From: a bacterium
GTDB taxonomy: Bacteria > UBA8248
DNA length: 64,000 nucleotides
Assembly (NCBI GenBank): GCA_965207065.1
Contig: OZ242260.1
Coordinates: 2,816,001 to 2,880,000, forward strand
Direction of reading: 5' to 3'
Below are positions 10,204 to 20,166 of this stretch, piece by piece (position 1 is the first letter of the stretch; each line of letters opens with the position of its first letter). The notes beneath the pieces were generated by a model. It had not been told where the DNA came from. It saw only the letters and a list, made by a program, of their open reading frames with translations, and searched no databases. The position numbers were made by a program, and so were the translations under genes.

Positions 10204-11274
10204 TTATTTCGGCAACTCGGGGGCCTTGACTTCGGGGAGGTCGCCCGTGAGCGCGCCCATGAAGGCGATCAGGTCCGCTTTTTCGGTCTTCGTGAGCTTC
10301 AGGGGCTTCATGTCCGGGTCAAGATGGGGGTTCGGATGGCCACCTTCCTCATAGAAATCGACCACTTCCTCCAGCGTGGCGAAGCGGCCGTCGTGCATGT
10401 AGGGCGCTGTCTGGGTGATGTGGCGAAGCGTGGGCGTCTTGAACTTGCCCCGGTCCTTTATTTTCCGGGTGATTTTCTCCCTTCCAACCTGCAAAGGCTT
10501 CTTGTCCATCCCGACGCCTAAGTTGTGGAACTTGTCGTCCGTGAAGGGTGCGCTGAACTCATCCACCAGGTGGCATTTCACGCAATTGCCCTTTTTCATG
10601 AAAACCTCGAATCCCCTGATCGCCCGGGGCGATAGCGCTGACTCATCGCCTCCGTATTTCCAGCGGTCGAAGGGGGAATTTCCTGAGAGCAGGGTGCGCT
10701 CGAAGGTGGCGATGGCCTGAACCACGCGCTCGAGACTGACCCCGGGACTCCCGAATGCCTCATTGAACCGCGCGCGGTATTCGGGGATTGCGCCGAGCGT
10801 TTTGATAATCCTCGCCTCATTGGATGCCATTTCGCTCGGATGGAGGATGGGCCCCCTGGCCTGCTCCTCGAGGCTCGCGGCGCGCCCGTCCCAGAAGTGG
10901 GTTTCGTTGTAGGCGGCGTTGATGACCGTGGGGACGTTCCGGAGCGTGAGCCTGCCGTCAAAGCCCGTACCGTACTGGCGCGCATTCGAGAATCCGCGCC
11001 GGGGCATGTGGCAGGTCGCGCAGGAGACCTTCCCGTCGCCGGAGTAGCGTTTTTCGAAGTAGAGCATCTTGCCGAGTTCGATCTTGGGCCGCGTCATGGG
11101 GTTGTCATCGGGCACGGGAACGTCGTCGAGGCCCAGGGGAGGTTCCGGGGGGAGTTCCACTTGCGGGCGCCCATCCTGCGCGTGCGCCGGTGGCGCAGGC
11201 ATCCACCCGAGCGCCGGGATCAGGAGACACAGCGCCGCGATCTGCGCGAGGTGATATATGGACTTTCTCTTCAA
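10204..11274 (-). CDS. Diheme cytochrome c peroxidase/MauG family protein
   Basis: SCATCH, FWDGRA, CVKCH, FKTPTLR, PYMHDG. Confidence 0.92.
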   Translation of the reverse strand: MKRKSIYHLAQIAALCLLIPALGWMPAPPAHAQDGRPQVELPPEPPLGLDDVPVPDDNPMTRPKIELGKMLYFEKRYSGDGKVSCATCHMPRRGFSNARQYGTGFDGRLTLRNVPTVINAAYNETHFWDGRAASLEEQARGPILHPSEMASNEARIIKTLGAIPEYRARFNEAFGSPGVSLERVVQAIATFERTLLSGNSPFDRWKYGGDESALSPRAIRGFEVFMKKGNCVKCHLVDEFSAPFTDDKFHNLGVGMDKKPLQVGREKITRKIKDRGKFKTPTLRHITQTAPYMHDGRFATLEEVVDFYEEGGHPNPHLDPDMKPLKLTKTEKADLIAFMGALTGDLPEVKAPELPK

Positions 11275-11311
11275 GGCGGAGCACCGTCCAGGGTAGATAG
11301 GGCTCTCTGCA

Positions 11312-11704
11312 TTATGACCTTTTCAGCAACTCGATGCTGACGCCATCGGGCGCCTCGATGAAGGCGATCTGCGTCGTCGGGTTGAATTGCACCGGTTCGA
11401 CGGTGAATTTCACGCCTTTTCCCTTGAGGTCGTCGCAATAGGCCTGAAAATCGCCTGCGATCTGGAAGGCGAAATGATCCGTCCCCCATTCGAGGCCGCC
11501 CTTTTCGCCCGCGCTTTCGCCGGTTCTCTCCCCGCGGACGATGACCGTGGCGCCGTTGAATTTTACGGGGATCTGCGGCGCGCCCTTGAACACGCCGCCC
11601 TCTCCGCGCTCGCCGCCCAGGTTCTCGACGAACCAGTTCACGCTCGCCTCGGGGTCTTTGCTGATGACGTGCACGTGATCGAATACGATGCTGGCTGAAC
11701 TCAT
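11312..11704 (-). CDS. VOC/glyoxalase family protein
   Basis: FDHVHV, DHFAF, FIEAPDGVSIEL. Confidence 0.88.
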   Translation of the reverse strand: MSSASIVFDHVHVISKDPEASVNWFVENLGGERGEGGVFKGAPQIPVKFNGATVIVRGERTGESAGEKGGLEWGTDHFAFQIAGDFQAYCDDLKGKGVKFTVEPVQFNPTTQIAFIEAPDGVSIELLKRS

Positions 11705-11788
11705 TTCTTATTTCTCCTTTCGCTTAACCGTCCCGAGCCGCGCGAGGAGAATCTCGCGCCCCGATTTTATCCGGCCGCTCTCTGTTGT

Positions 11789-12439
11789 TTAACCTTCCCA
11801 GGTGACGTCCCCGAATTCATCAGGCGCAGGCCTTCCTGCGGCCCGGAATCCGGCGACTTCCGCCTTGCTCTGCGCGACGGTGCTGTTCGCCCCGTGGCCG
11901 GGGTAGAGAACGGTATCGTCGGGCAGGGCGAAGACCTTGTTCTCGATGGAATCGAGCGACTTGAGCAATTGGTCGTGATTCCACGTTTTTCCGGGGCCGC
12001 CGGGGAAAATCGTATCCCCGCATACGCAGTGGCCCGGGTAGAGGAACATCAGCATACCCTTGCAGTGGCCGGGCGTGTGGATGGCCTTGAGGGTGATCTC
12101 GCCGAATGTGATCTCTTCGCCGTCCGCGATGGTGAAATCGGGGCTGATGCCGAACTCCCTGGCGTCCTCGGCGTGCTGGCCCAGGGGCGCGCCCGTGCGG
12201 CTTCGCACCTCATCGAGCGCGTCGATGTGGTCGCCGTGGCAATGGGTCTGTAGAATGTATTTGGGCGTGGCGCCTTCGCACGCGGCGAGAATCGGCTCGG
12301 CGGAATGAGAGGTGTCGATGATGACGCACTCTTTCGTCGCCTTGCACGTCAGCACGTACACGTTGTTGCTGTAGGGGCCGATGTTGAGTTTTTGGAAATC
12401 GAGTGCGGGAAGGTCCACTCTCTGGTCGAATTCACCCAT
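11789..12439 (-). CDS. MBL-fold metallo-hydrolase (glyoxalase II-like)
   Basis: THCHGDH, HTPGH, GDTIF, YPGHG. Confidence 0.92.
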   Translation of the reverse strand: MGEFDQRVDLPALDFQKLNIGPYSNNVYVLTCKATKECVIIDTSHSAEPILAACEGATPKYILQTHCHGDHIDALDEVRSRTGAPLGQHAEDAREFGISPDFTIADGEEITFGEITLKAIHTPGHCKGMLMFLYPGHCVCGDTIFPGGPGKTWNHDQLLKSLDSIENKVFALPDDTVLYPGHGANSTVAQSKAEVAGFRAAGRPAPDEFGDVTWEG

Positions 12440-12535
12440 GTCGTTTTCTCTCCTTTGTCTGATGAAGACCTGTGTTCATGAAGACGAGGTGACAGGAAAC
12501 TTTACTGCCTTAACCGGGCGGACCACAACTGCAAG

Positions 12536-13222
12536 GTGAGAATTTTCGTGGACAAACCCTTCGTATACGCGAACCTGGCGATGACGCTCGACGGAAAAAT
12601 CGCAGGCCGCGACCGCGCGGATTTCTCCCTGGGCTCCAAAGCGGATCGCCTGGAGATGGATCGACTGAGAGCCTGTGCGGACGTCGTGGTATGGGGCGGG
12701 CAGACGCTCAGGACGGCGCGGCATCCAGCACGGGTGCGCGAGGAATCCCTCGCCCGCGAGCGCGTGGAACGCGGCCTGCCACCGCACCCGGCGAACGCCG
12801 TGATCACGAAAAGCGGCGATTTCCCGAAAAATTTGCCGTGGTTTGCGAACGATGAGATTGAGCGGTACATATTCACCGCGCCTGAGGGTGCGCGCCGCTT
12901 AGAAGAAGCCCATACGGGAAACGCGCGAATCGTGGTTCTGGACGAGGCGGGATCCCTCCCTGAGCAGGTGCTGGCCTATTTTAGCGAGCGGGGGATGAAG
13001 CGCGTGCTTCTCGAGGGCGGGGGTTCCCTGGTATGGGAGTTCGCCCGGCATATCGATGCGTTTCACGTGACGCTCACACCATGGCTGGCGGGGGGCGCAT
13101 CCGCACCGACGCTCATGGACGGGCCGGGTTTTCCCTCGGGCGAGTTTCTTGGGCTCACGCTCGAGGAGGCACGCAGAGAAGGGGATGAGCTGTTCCTGCG
13201 CTACAAGGCGAAGACTGTGTGA
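12536..13222 (+). CDS. RibD C-terminal (pyrimidine reductase/DHFR-fold) family protein
   Basis: AMTLDGKIA, LRACAD, VLLEGGG. Confidence 0.88.
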   Translation: MRIFVDKPFVYANLAMTLDGKIAGRDRADFSLGSKADRLEMDRLRACADVVVWGGQTLRTARHPARVREESLARERVERGLPPHPANAVITKSGDFPKNLPWFANDEIERYIFTAPEGARRLEEAHTGNARIVVLDEAGSLPEQVLAYFSERGMKRVLLEGGGSLVWEFARHIDAFHVTLTPWLAGGASAPTLMDGPGFPSGEFLGLTLEEARREGDELFLRYKAKTV

Positions 13223-13237
13223 TGGCCTGTCCACCGA

Positions 13238-13546
13238 GGGTGTTGAGAAAGTTCCTTTTCAGGGGATAGAGGGGACGCCCCGCTCGTCTTCCTTCTGCCT
13301 TGAAAACCAACCCCCCCTACCCCCCCTTAACAGGGGGGCAAGAAAAAACAAAAGCTCCCCTACCGGCGGCGGGCGTCGCCTTTTTATACCCCCCTGACAA
13401 GGGGGGGTAGGGGGGGTTGCTTTTCAAGTCGGCGGCCGTCGTTTTACTCCCCTAACAAGGGGGTCGGGGGTTTTTTGTAGGGGTCGCATATATGCGACCC
13501 GCCTTTTTCGCCGCCCGCCATGGGTCGCATGGTATGCGACCCCTAC
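13238..13546. repeat. Intergenic palindromic repeat cluster (CCCCCCTA/TAGGGGGG inverted pair and GTAGGGGTCGCAT...ATGCGACCCCTAC REP pair)
   Basis: Inverted repeats 13302-13425 and 13477-13546 read directly. Confidence 0.7.
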
Positions 13547-13702
13547 ATAACCACCACGATCCGCAAGGGACTATTCCACCAGCCGCCCACCGCGCGGATT
13601 GAACCGCCACCGCGCCGTGTGGTACTCATGGAAGTCTAAAAATCATGTTCTCATGACATTCCAACGGTTGCATTGCGATGATGTCGCCGGGAGGAGGAAG
13701 CC

Positions 13703-14692
13703 GTGGCCACCAGGGCGAAGCGAAGATCGGCAAAACCGAAGAGGTTGACGAAAAAGGACTTGAACGCGATGTACCGCAACATGCTGCGCATCCGCCGCTT
13801 CGAGGAGAAGACGGACGAGTTCTTCATGGCGGGCCGGGTAAAGGGGGCGGTTCACGTGAGCATCGGGCAGGAGGCGTGCTCGGTCGGCGTCTGCACGGCG
13901 CTGAACGATGAGGACGCCATCCTGACCACCCACCGGGGCCACGGGCACTCCATCGCCAAGGGCACCCGGATGCCCGAGATGATGGCCGAGTTGCTTGGCA
14001 AGTCCACCGGCCTCTGCAAGGCGCGCGGCGGCTCCATGCACATCGCCGACATCTCGAAGGGCCACTACGGCGCGCACTCCATCGTGGGGGCGAACATGCC
14101 GATGGCGACGGGCATGGGCCTCGCCTATCAACTGGAAGGCACGGGCCGCGTGGCGGTGGTCTTCTTCGGCGACGGCGCGTCGAACCAGGGCAGTTTTCAT
14201 GAGTCGATGAACCTGTGCGCCATCTGGAAGCTGCCGGTCATCTTCTTCTGCGAGAACAACCACTACGCGGTGAGCTACCACGTGGAGCGCTCCACGGCGG
14301 TGAAGGACATCAGCGTGCGCGCGCAGGGCTACAACGCGCCCGGCGTAACGGTGGACGGCATGGACGTTGTGGCCGTCTACGAAGCGACCGCCGAGGCCGT
14401 GCGCAGGGCGCGCGAGGGCGGCGGCCCGAGCCTGATCGAGGCGAAGACCTACCGCTTCTTCGGCCACTCGCGCGGCGACCCCCAGTTCGGCCCCTACCGC
14501 ACGAAGGAAGAGGTGGACGAGTGGAGAAAGCGCGATCCGCTTACCATCGCGGCGAAGATGCTCAAAATGACGGAAGCGCAGAAAAAGGCGCACTTAAAAG
14601 CCGTGGACGATGAGTTGAACGGGGCTATCGACTTTGCGGAGCAAAGCCCGGAAGCGACGCTCGAATCCGCACTCGAGGACGTATACGCGTAA
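13703..14692 (+). CDS. TPP-dependent dehydrogenase E1 alpha subunit (pyruvate/acetoin type)
   Basis: GQEA, HRGHGH, GGSMH, FFGDGA...N TPP motif, TYRFFGHS. Confidence 0.93.
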   Translation: MATRAKRRSAKPKRLTKKDLNAMYRNMLRIRRFEEKTDEFFMAGRVKGAVHVSIGQEACSVGVCTALNDEDAILTTHRGHGHSIAKGTRMPEMMAELLGKSTGLCKARGGSMHIADISKGHYGAHSIVGANMPMATGMGLAYQLEGTGRVAVVFFGDGASNQGSFHESMNLCAIWKLPVIFFCENNHYAVSYHVERSTAVKDISVRAQGYNAPGVTVDGMDVVAVYEATAEAVRRAREGGGPSLIEAKTYRFFGHSRGDPQFGPYRTKEEVDEWRKRDPLTIAAKMLKMTEAQKKAHLKAVDDELNGAIDFAEQSPEATLESALEDVYA

Positions 14693-14747
14693 AGAAACCC
14701 CATCCCCCGGCGCTGCGCGCCCGGTGAGAACCCTGGAGAGAGGCGAC

Positions 14748-15728
14748 ATGCGAGAGATTACTTTTGTGGATGCGTTGACCGAGGCCCATCACGAGGAGAT
14801 GGAGCGCGATGAGCGCGTGATCGTCATGGGCGAGGACGTGGAGCTGGCCTACGTCTTCGGCGTCACGAAGGGGCTGGCCGAAAAATTCGGGCGCGACCGC
14901 GTGCGCGACACGCCCATCAGCGAACTCGGCATCGTGGGCGCGGGCGTGGGCGCCGCCATGGCGGGCTACCGGCCCATCGTCGAGATCATGTTCATGGACT
15001 TCATCATGCTGGCGATGGACCCGCTCATCAACCAGGCGGCGAAGCTGCGCTACATGCTGGGCGGGCAGTTGAGCGTGCCGCTCGTGGTGCGCACCCCGGG
15101 CGGCGGCGGCGTGCAGTACGGTCCCACGCACAGCCAGTGCCTGGAAGCCTGGTTCATGCAGATACCGGGCATCAAGGTGGCGGCGCCGAGCGACCCCGCC
15201 GACGCCAAGGGCCTCATGTGCGCCGCGATTCGCGACGACAACCCCGTGCTCATGGTGGAGCACAAGATGCTCTACAAGATGAAGGGCCCCGTGCCCGAGG
15301 GCGAGCACGTGACACCTTTCGGGCAGGCCGCCGTGAAGCGAGAGGGCACGGACATCACCCTCATCGGCGTTGGCTACCAGGTGCACAACTGCCTGGCGGC
15401 GGCGGATGAACTCGCGAAAGAGGGGGTCAGCGCAGAAGTGGTCGACCCCAGGACGCTGGCCCCGCTCGATACCGGGACGCTCGCCGAATCGGTCCGCAAG
15501 ACGAACCGCTGCATCATCGTCGAGGAAGGGCACCTGAGGAGCGGCGTGGGTTCGGAGATATCCGCGGCCGTTCAGGAGGAAGCCTTCGACTACCTCGACG
15601 CCCCCATCGGCCGCGTGGCCGCCCTCGACGCGCCCATCCCCTTCGAGCCCCGCTTAGAAGATTTCGTGCTCCCCAACACGGCGAACGTCGTCGACGCCGC
15701 GAAGAAGGCGTTGGGGGTAAGTGTGTAG
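14748..15728 (+). CDS. 2-oxoacid/acetoin dehydrogenase E1 beta subunit
   Basis: GEDV, DTPISE, EIMFMDF, HSQ, DPRTLAPLD. Confidence 0.93.
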   Translation: MREITFVDALTEAHHEEMERDERVIVMGEDVELAYVFGVTKGLAEKFGRDRVRDTPISELGIVGAGVGAAMAGYRPIVEIMFMDFIMLAMDPLINQAAKLRYMLGGQLSVPLVVRTPGGGGVQYGPTHSQCLEAWFMQIPGIKVAAPSDPADAKGLMCAAIRDDNPVLMVEHKMLYKMKGPVPEGEHVTPFGQAAVKREGTDITLIGVGYQVHNCLAAADELAKEGVSAEVVDPRTLAPLDTGTLAESVRKTNRCIIVEEGHLRSGVGSEISAAVQEEAFDYLDAPIGRVAALDAPIPFEPRLEDFVLPNTANVVDAAKKALGVSV

Positions 15729-15753
15729 GGGAAGGAGTGGGTTTGTTGATTTC

Positions 15754-15957
15754 GTAGGGGCGGACCTGTGTGTCCGCCCTGCGCGGGTGTCCATAGAGCC
15801 ACCACGTCATCGAATCAAACGGTAAACCGGGCGGACACACAGGTCCGCCCCTACGGGTCAATCCCTCAGAAAATCCGTAACTGAATGGCGGCGGAAGCGG
15901 ATACCCCTGCGGGGGGAATGACGAATACGCCCCGGACAGGTCGCGACCTGTCCCTAC
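15754..15957. repeat. REP-like GTAGGG...CCCTAC elements
   Basis: GTAGGGGCGGACCTGTGTGTCCGCCC...GGGCGGACACACAGGTCCGCCCCTAC (15754-15854) and GGACAGGTCGCGACCTGTCCCTAC (15934-15957). Confidence 0.75.
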
Positions 15958-15974
15958 AATTCAAGAGAGACTGC

Positions 15975-16121
15975 CTATTCCTCGCTCCACGCCTTCTCGT
16001 ACTTCGCCCGGTGCTCTTTTGGCAGCGGGGAGGCGAAATACGATATCCCGACGAAGAGCACCGTGTTCACCAGCAGGCCGAAGAAGCCCGGCAACGTCCC
16101 GTCTCGGTAAAACCACGATCC
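15975..16121 (-). pseudogene. 3' remnant of a membrane transporter gene (possibly sodium:solute symporter)
   Basis: Manual translation GTLPGFFGLLVNTVLFVGISYF, then an apparent frameshift to PLPKEHRAKYEKAWSEE*; no start. Confidence 0.4.
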
Positions 16122-16157
16122 GTGCAAACCCACACGCCCTTGCATGCGACCTGTTCA

Positions 16158-16175
16158 TGGACTATATTCAGTCCA
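16158..16175. promoter_or_regulatory. Palindromic operator upstream of the antitoxin
   Basis: TGGACT-N6-AGTCCA directly before the AGGAGG RBS. Confidence 0.55.
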
Positions 16176-16187
16176 CAGGAGGCGGCC

Positions 16188-16463
16188 ATGACCCTTTCGG
16201 ACCGGATAAAACCCATCAGTTACCTCAAGGCGCACGCCGCGGAAATCGTCCGCACGCTCGGGGAGCGGGGAGAACCCCTGGTGATCACCCAGAACGGGGA
16301 AGCCAAGGTGGTCATGCAGGACATCGACAGCTACGAGCAGATGCAGGAGACGCTCGCCCTGCTCAAGATTCTCGCCCTGGGCGACCGCCAGATTGAAGCC
16401 GGGCAGACGCAGCCCGCTGCCGATGTGACGGCGCGGCTCCGGGAGCGGCTCCCGGCCCGCTGA
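16188..16463 (+). CDS. Phd/YefM family antitoxin
   Basis: IKPISYLKAHAAEIV...PLVITQNGEAKVV. Confidence 0.9.
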   Translation: MTLSDRIKPISYLKAHAAEIVRTLGERGEPLVITQNGEAKVVMQDIDSYEQMQETLALLKILALGDRQIEAGQTQPAADVTARLRERLPAR

Positions 16464-16789
16464 TGCCTTTCGCGGTTCACCTGACCGAGGACGCGGCGCG
16501 CGACCTGGAAGATATCTGCGAAACCATCGAACGGCGCGATTCACCCGCCGGCGCCGCCCATGTGCTCGACAGAATCGAAGAGGCGTTTACCGGCCTTTGC
16601 GAACATCCCCGGCGCGGCGCTTTCCCGAAGGAATTGCTGGATATCGGGATTCGCGAATACCGCGAGGTATTTTTCAAGCCCTACCGGATTATCTACCGGG
16701 TGCGGGAGGAGAGCGTATATGTGCTCCTGATCGCCGACGGCAGGCGCGACATGCGGACGCTGCTGGAGCGGCGTTTGCTTTTGGCGTGA
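16463..16789 (+). CDS. RelE/ParE family toxin
   Basis: LTEDAARDLEDI, YREVFFKPYRIIYRV; TGATG overlap with the antitoxin. Confidence 0.9.
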   Translation: MPFAVHLTEDAARDLEDICETIERRDSPAGAAHVLDRIEEAFTGLCEHPRRGAFPKELLDIGIREYREVFFKPYRIIYRVREESVYVLLIADGRRDMRTLLERRLLLA

Positions 16790-16957
16790 AACACGAACCG
16801 AGTGAATTTAAGAGTGTGCGCGTAGCCGGGCGGTTGAAGGGGAGGATGCCCGGCGAACCCTCCCTCATCGGTCGGGTTCGACTCTTTGACTTCCCGCGCG
16901 CCCTAGGCGAGACTGATCGAACTGGCTGCTCCACGAGGACAGACCGGAAATAGCCGA

Positions 16958-17290
16958 ATGACGGAATACGAAGCCGCAAACCTTGCCGTGCAACAATCTG
17001 CCCTCGCCTTGCAACAAGCCGCGATATGGGTCGCCGCCGCCGTCGGGGCCGCGCAATGCAGCCTCATCGGAATTGGCCTCTACATCATGCGGCAGGCCTC
17101 GAAGCAACGCGACGCCCTGCACAGGGAAACCATAACGGCGCTGAACGCTCAGCGTGAGGCGCAAAGCGAACAGCACCGGGAAACCATGAAGGCGCTGGAA
17201 GGCCAACACAAGGCGCTGGAAAACCAGAGCGAAGCGCTCCGGGAACTCATCCGCCGTACGTCTGCGCCTTCGGCGCAGGAGGACGGTTGA
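16958..17290 (+). CDS. Small membrane/coiled-coil hypothetical protein (paralog 3)
   Basis: MTEYE...AQC.LI.IGL...HRETMKALE...LIRRT, similar to 7071 and 7557 ORFs. Confidence 0.7.
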   Translation: MTEYEAANLAVQQSALALQQAAIWVAAAVGAAQCSLIGIGLYIMRQASKQRDALHRETITALNAQREAQSEQHRETMKALEGQHKALENQSEALRELIRRTSAPSAQEDG

Positions 17291-17588
17291 AGTGAGAATC
17301 ACCGCCTCCTCCGTCTTTTCTCTTTCCTTACCCTAGCTTCCAAGCGCGCGCATTTTTCGTGCAAAATGAAGAACTGCTTTGCGCGCACACGTGCGGAGGC
17401 GAAGCCGGTGCGGTGGTAGAGGATGTGTCAAAGGGAGCGGTTTTCGAGATGTTTGTTTCTGGTCTTGATGTCATGTATAATTTTCTCATCATCGGCAATT
17501 CATAAGATATTGTGGGTTTTGCGGCTCCTGCCGTGGACCGACAATTCAAGCCAGCGGGAATGCCCAATCTACAGAGGAGATTGGAGCA

Positions 17589-19358
17589 ATGTCCTCACGC
17601 CGAGCCCTGATCGATGTCGCCCTAGGCAATGAACCTGCGGAACTCGCCATCACGAATGGCCGCGTCGTCAATGTACATACCCGTGAAATCTATAGCGCCG
17701 GGGTTGCAATAAAAGGCGACCGGATAGCGGCGGTCGGCGATATCGATTACGCGATCGGTGAGAACACGGAAGTGATCGACGCTGAGAACCGCTATGTAAC
17801 ACCCGGCCTGGTCGACGGCCACCTCCACATGTATCACTCCTACCTGGGCGTGAACGAGTTCGTCGAGGGGATGCTGCGGCATGGCGTCACCGCCTACGCA
17901 GACGGCTTCTATGGCCAGGGGATCGTCGGCGGCCGGGAAGCGATCCGGTTTTTCAAGGATGCGCTCGAAGCCACCCCTCTCAGGCTTATATTCCTGGTCC
18001 CCACCCTCTCGCACCTGCAGAACCGCGAACTCGGCCTCGAGCCCACACCAGGCATCAGCGTAGAAGAGATGAACGAGATGCTCGACTGGGAAAACTGCGT
18101 GGGTCTGGAGGAACCGCCGTTCCTGCCGGTCTGCGAGAAGTGGGAAGATTATCTGGACCTCTTCGACCGGTGCCTGGAGCAGCGCAAAACGATTACGGGG
18201 CATGCCGCCGGCGCCAGTTGGCGCCAGATGCAGGCATACGCCGCGGTCGGGACCAGTACCGACCACGAGTCCGTTGCGACCGACGAGGCGGTCGACAAGA
18301 CCCGGGCCGGCTTTCGCCTGCTCATGCGTCTCGGGTCAGGCGCGATTGACGTGCCCGAACTCGTAAAGGCGTATCTTGAGCACAAGGTCGACCCGAGAGC
18401 GCTTGCCATGTGCGCCGATCTCGCTTCGCCGGAGAAACTGCTGCGCGAAGGCGGAGTCGATGCAAATATCCGCGTGGCCGTTCGAAATGGCGTGCCGCCT
18501 GTAATCGCGGTTCAGATGGCGACCATCAATGTCGCCGAGGCCTTCTATTTGCAGAGGGACATGGGGGCGGTCGCTCCAGGCCGCTACGCCGACATCCTGC
18601 TCGTCGACGACCTGGTCACATTTGATATCTCCCGCGTATTCGTCGGCGGGGAGACCGTAGTCCGGGACGGCGAGTTCCTGGCGGACCTGACCCCCATCGA
18701 GTATCCAGGCAACTTCCGCGGGACGGTCAGGATCGAACGTGAGATCGCCCCTGTTGCTCTCGAACCTCGGACCGATGAGGAGGGCCCGGTGACCGTTCGG
18801 GTGATCGGCGTGACGGACGGCAGCCTCGTAACCGATGACGGAAGGGCGGTCCTCGACGTTAAAGACGGCGTGATTCAGCCGGATCTTGACAACGACGTCC
18901 TGCCGCTGACGATGGCCGATCGGTTCGGCAAGGGAGGGGGGCGCATCGGCAACGGCTTCGTGCGCGGCTTCGGGCTGAAGCGCGGGGCGATTGCGTCGAC
19001 CGTCAACGCCGTCTGCGAGAATCTGGTTGCGGTCGGCGCGAGCACGTCCGATATGGCGTTCGCCATGAACAAGCTCGCCGAGATCGGCGGCGGAAAGATA
19101 GTCGTTGCCGATGGCGAGATCCTCGCGCTGGTGGAGTTGCCCCTTCTCGGGCTTTTGTCCGAAGAACCGACGGAGACGGTTACGGCGAAGTTCGACAGGG
19201 CGTTCGACGCCATACGCGATCTCGGGTGCGATCTCGCGAGTCCGTTCTCGCAGCTTGAGTTCAGCTTCGCCTGCGGCGAAATCGGCGATCTGCGGCTTTC
19301 CGACGAAGGGTTGTTGCGGGTTGACCCGCCGGAGATGGTGTCGTTGGTCGTAGAATGA
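17589..19358 (+). CDS. Adenine deaminase family amidohydrolase (divergent)
   Basis: PGLVDGHLH, GHA, TDHE, ATINVAE, APGRYADI, GFGLKRGAIAST. Confidence 0.85.
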   Translation: MSSRRALIDVALGNEPAELAITNGRVVNVHTREIYSAGVAIKGDRIAAVGDIDYAIGENTEVIDAENRYVTPGLVDGHLHMYHSYLGVNEFVEGMLRHGVTAYADGFYGQGIVGGREAIRFFKDALEATPLRLIFLVPTLSHLQNRELGLEPTPGISVEEMNEMLDWENCVGLEEPPFLPVCEKWEDYLDLFDRCLEQRKTITGHAAGASWRQMQAYAAVGTSTDHESVATDEAVDKTRAGFRLLMRLGSGAIDVPELVKAYLEHKVDPRALAMCADLASPEKLLREGGVDANIRVAVRNGVPPVIAVQMATINVAEAFYLQRDMGAVAPGRYADILLVDDLVTFDISRVFVGGETVVRDGEFLADLTPIEYPGNFRGTVRIEREIAPVALEPRTDEEGPVTVRVIGVTDGSLVTDDGRAVLDVKDGVIQPDLDNDVLPLTMADRFGKGGGRIGNGFVRGFGLKRGAIASTVNAVCENLVAVGASTSDMAFAMNKLAEIGGGKIVVADGEILALVELPLLGLLSEEPTETVTAKFDRAFDAIRDLGCDLASPFSQLEFSFACGEIGDLRLSDEGLLRVDPPEMVSLVVE

Positions 19359-19386
19359 CGCAAACCGGAAACAAGAGGGAGAGATC

Positions 19387-20148
19387 ATGAGTGACGGAAA
19401 GCTGGCGGGCCGCGTCGCAATCGTGACCGGTGGATCGCGGGGGCTTGGACAGGCGATTGCGTGGGAATTCGCGAATGAGGGCGCCGACGTGGCCGTGGTC
19501 GGCCGAGACGAAGACGCCCTCTCTGAAACGATTGACGGCATCGAGCAGCGCGGCGGAAAGGCCGTCGCCATTGCGGCGGAACTCCGTGAAGTCGCCTCGA
19601 TTCCAGGGGTCTTCGACAAAGCCGAGAGCGAACTCGGCGAGTCGACGATTCTTGTCAACAGTGCGGGCGTACAGGGGGATCGTCCTGCGCTCGATGTCAC
19701 CGAGGAGCAGTATGACGAAGTAGCCGACACCAACATGAAGGCGCTGTTCTTCTGCTGCCAGGAGGCCGGCAAGCGGTGGATCGATCGCAAGAGCGGCGGG
19801 CGCATCATCAACCTCGGCTCTATTTTCGCCGTCGTCGGGATGCCCAATTTCTCGGTCTATTGTTCAACAAAAGGCGGCGTGCTGCTGCTGTCCAAAGCGC
19901 TCGCGATCGAGTGGGGGCCACACGGAATCAACGTCAACCTGATCGGCCCCTGCGCCACGATGACAGACATGGTAAGGCCGCTGTTCGACGACCCCGATTT
20001 CAAGGCGGCTTACATGCCGCGGGTGCCCGCAGGCGCCCTTCCAGAACCCCTGGACATCGGCAGGGCAGCCGTCTTCCTGGCCTCGGACGACGCTCGGATG
20101 ATCCATGGACACCATCTACTCGTCGACTCCGGCTATACGACCAACTAA
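19387..20148 (+). CDS. SDR family oxidoreductase
   Basis: TGGSRGLG, VNSAG, YCSTK. Confidence 0.93.
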   Translation: MSDGKLAGRVAIVTGGSRGLGQAIAWEFANEGADVAVVGRDEDALSETIDGIEQRGGKAVAIAAELREVASIPGVFDKAESELGESTILVNSAGVQGDRPALDVTEEQYDEVADTNMKALFFCCQEAGKRWIDRKSGGRIINLGSIFAVVGMPNFSVYCSTKGGVLLLSKALAIEWGPHGINVNLIGPCATMTDMVRPLFDDPDFKAAYMPRVPAGALPEPLDIGRAAVFLASDDARMIHGHHLLVDSGYTTN

Positions 20149-20166
20149 TCGAGGTTCGGGGGGGCT

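Noticed and set aside
18336-19847. Long antisense or alternative-frame ORFs (also 656-1765, 8199-9416, 48708-49982, 56852-58021)
   Set aside because: They shadow well-supported genes and have low-information R/A/G/P-rich translations typical of high-GC DNA
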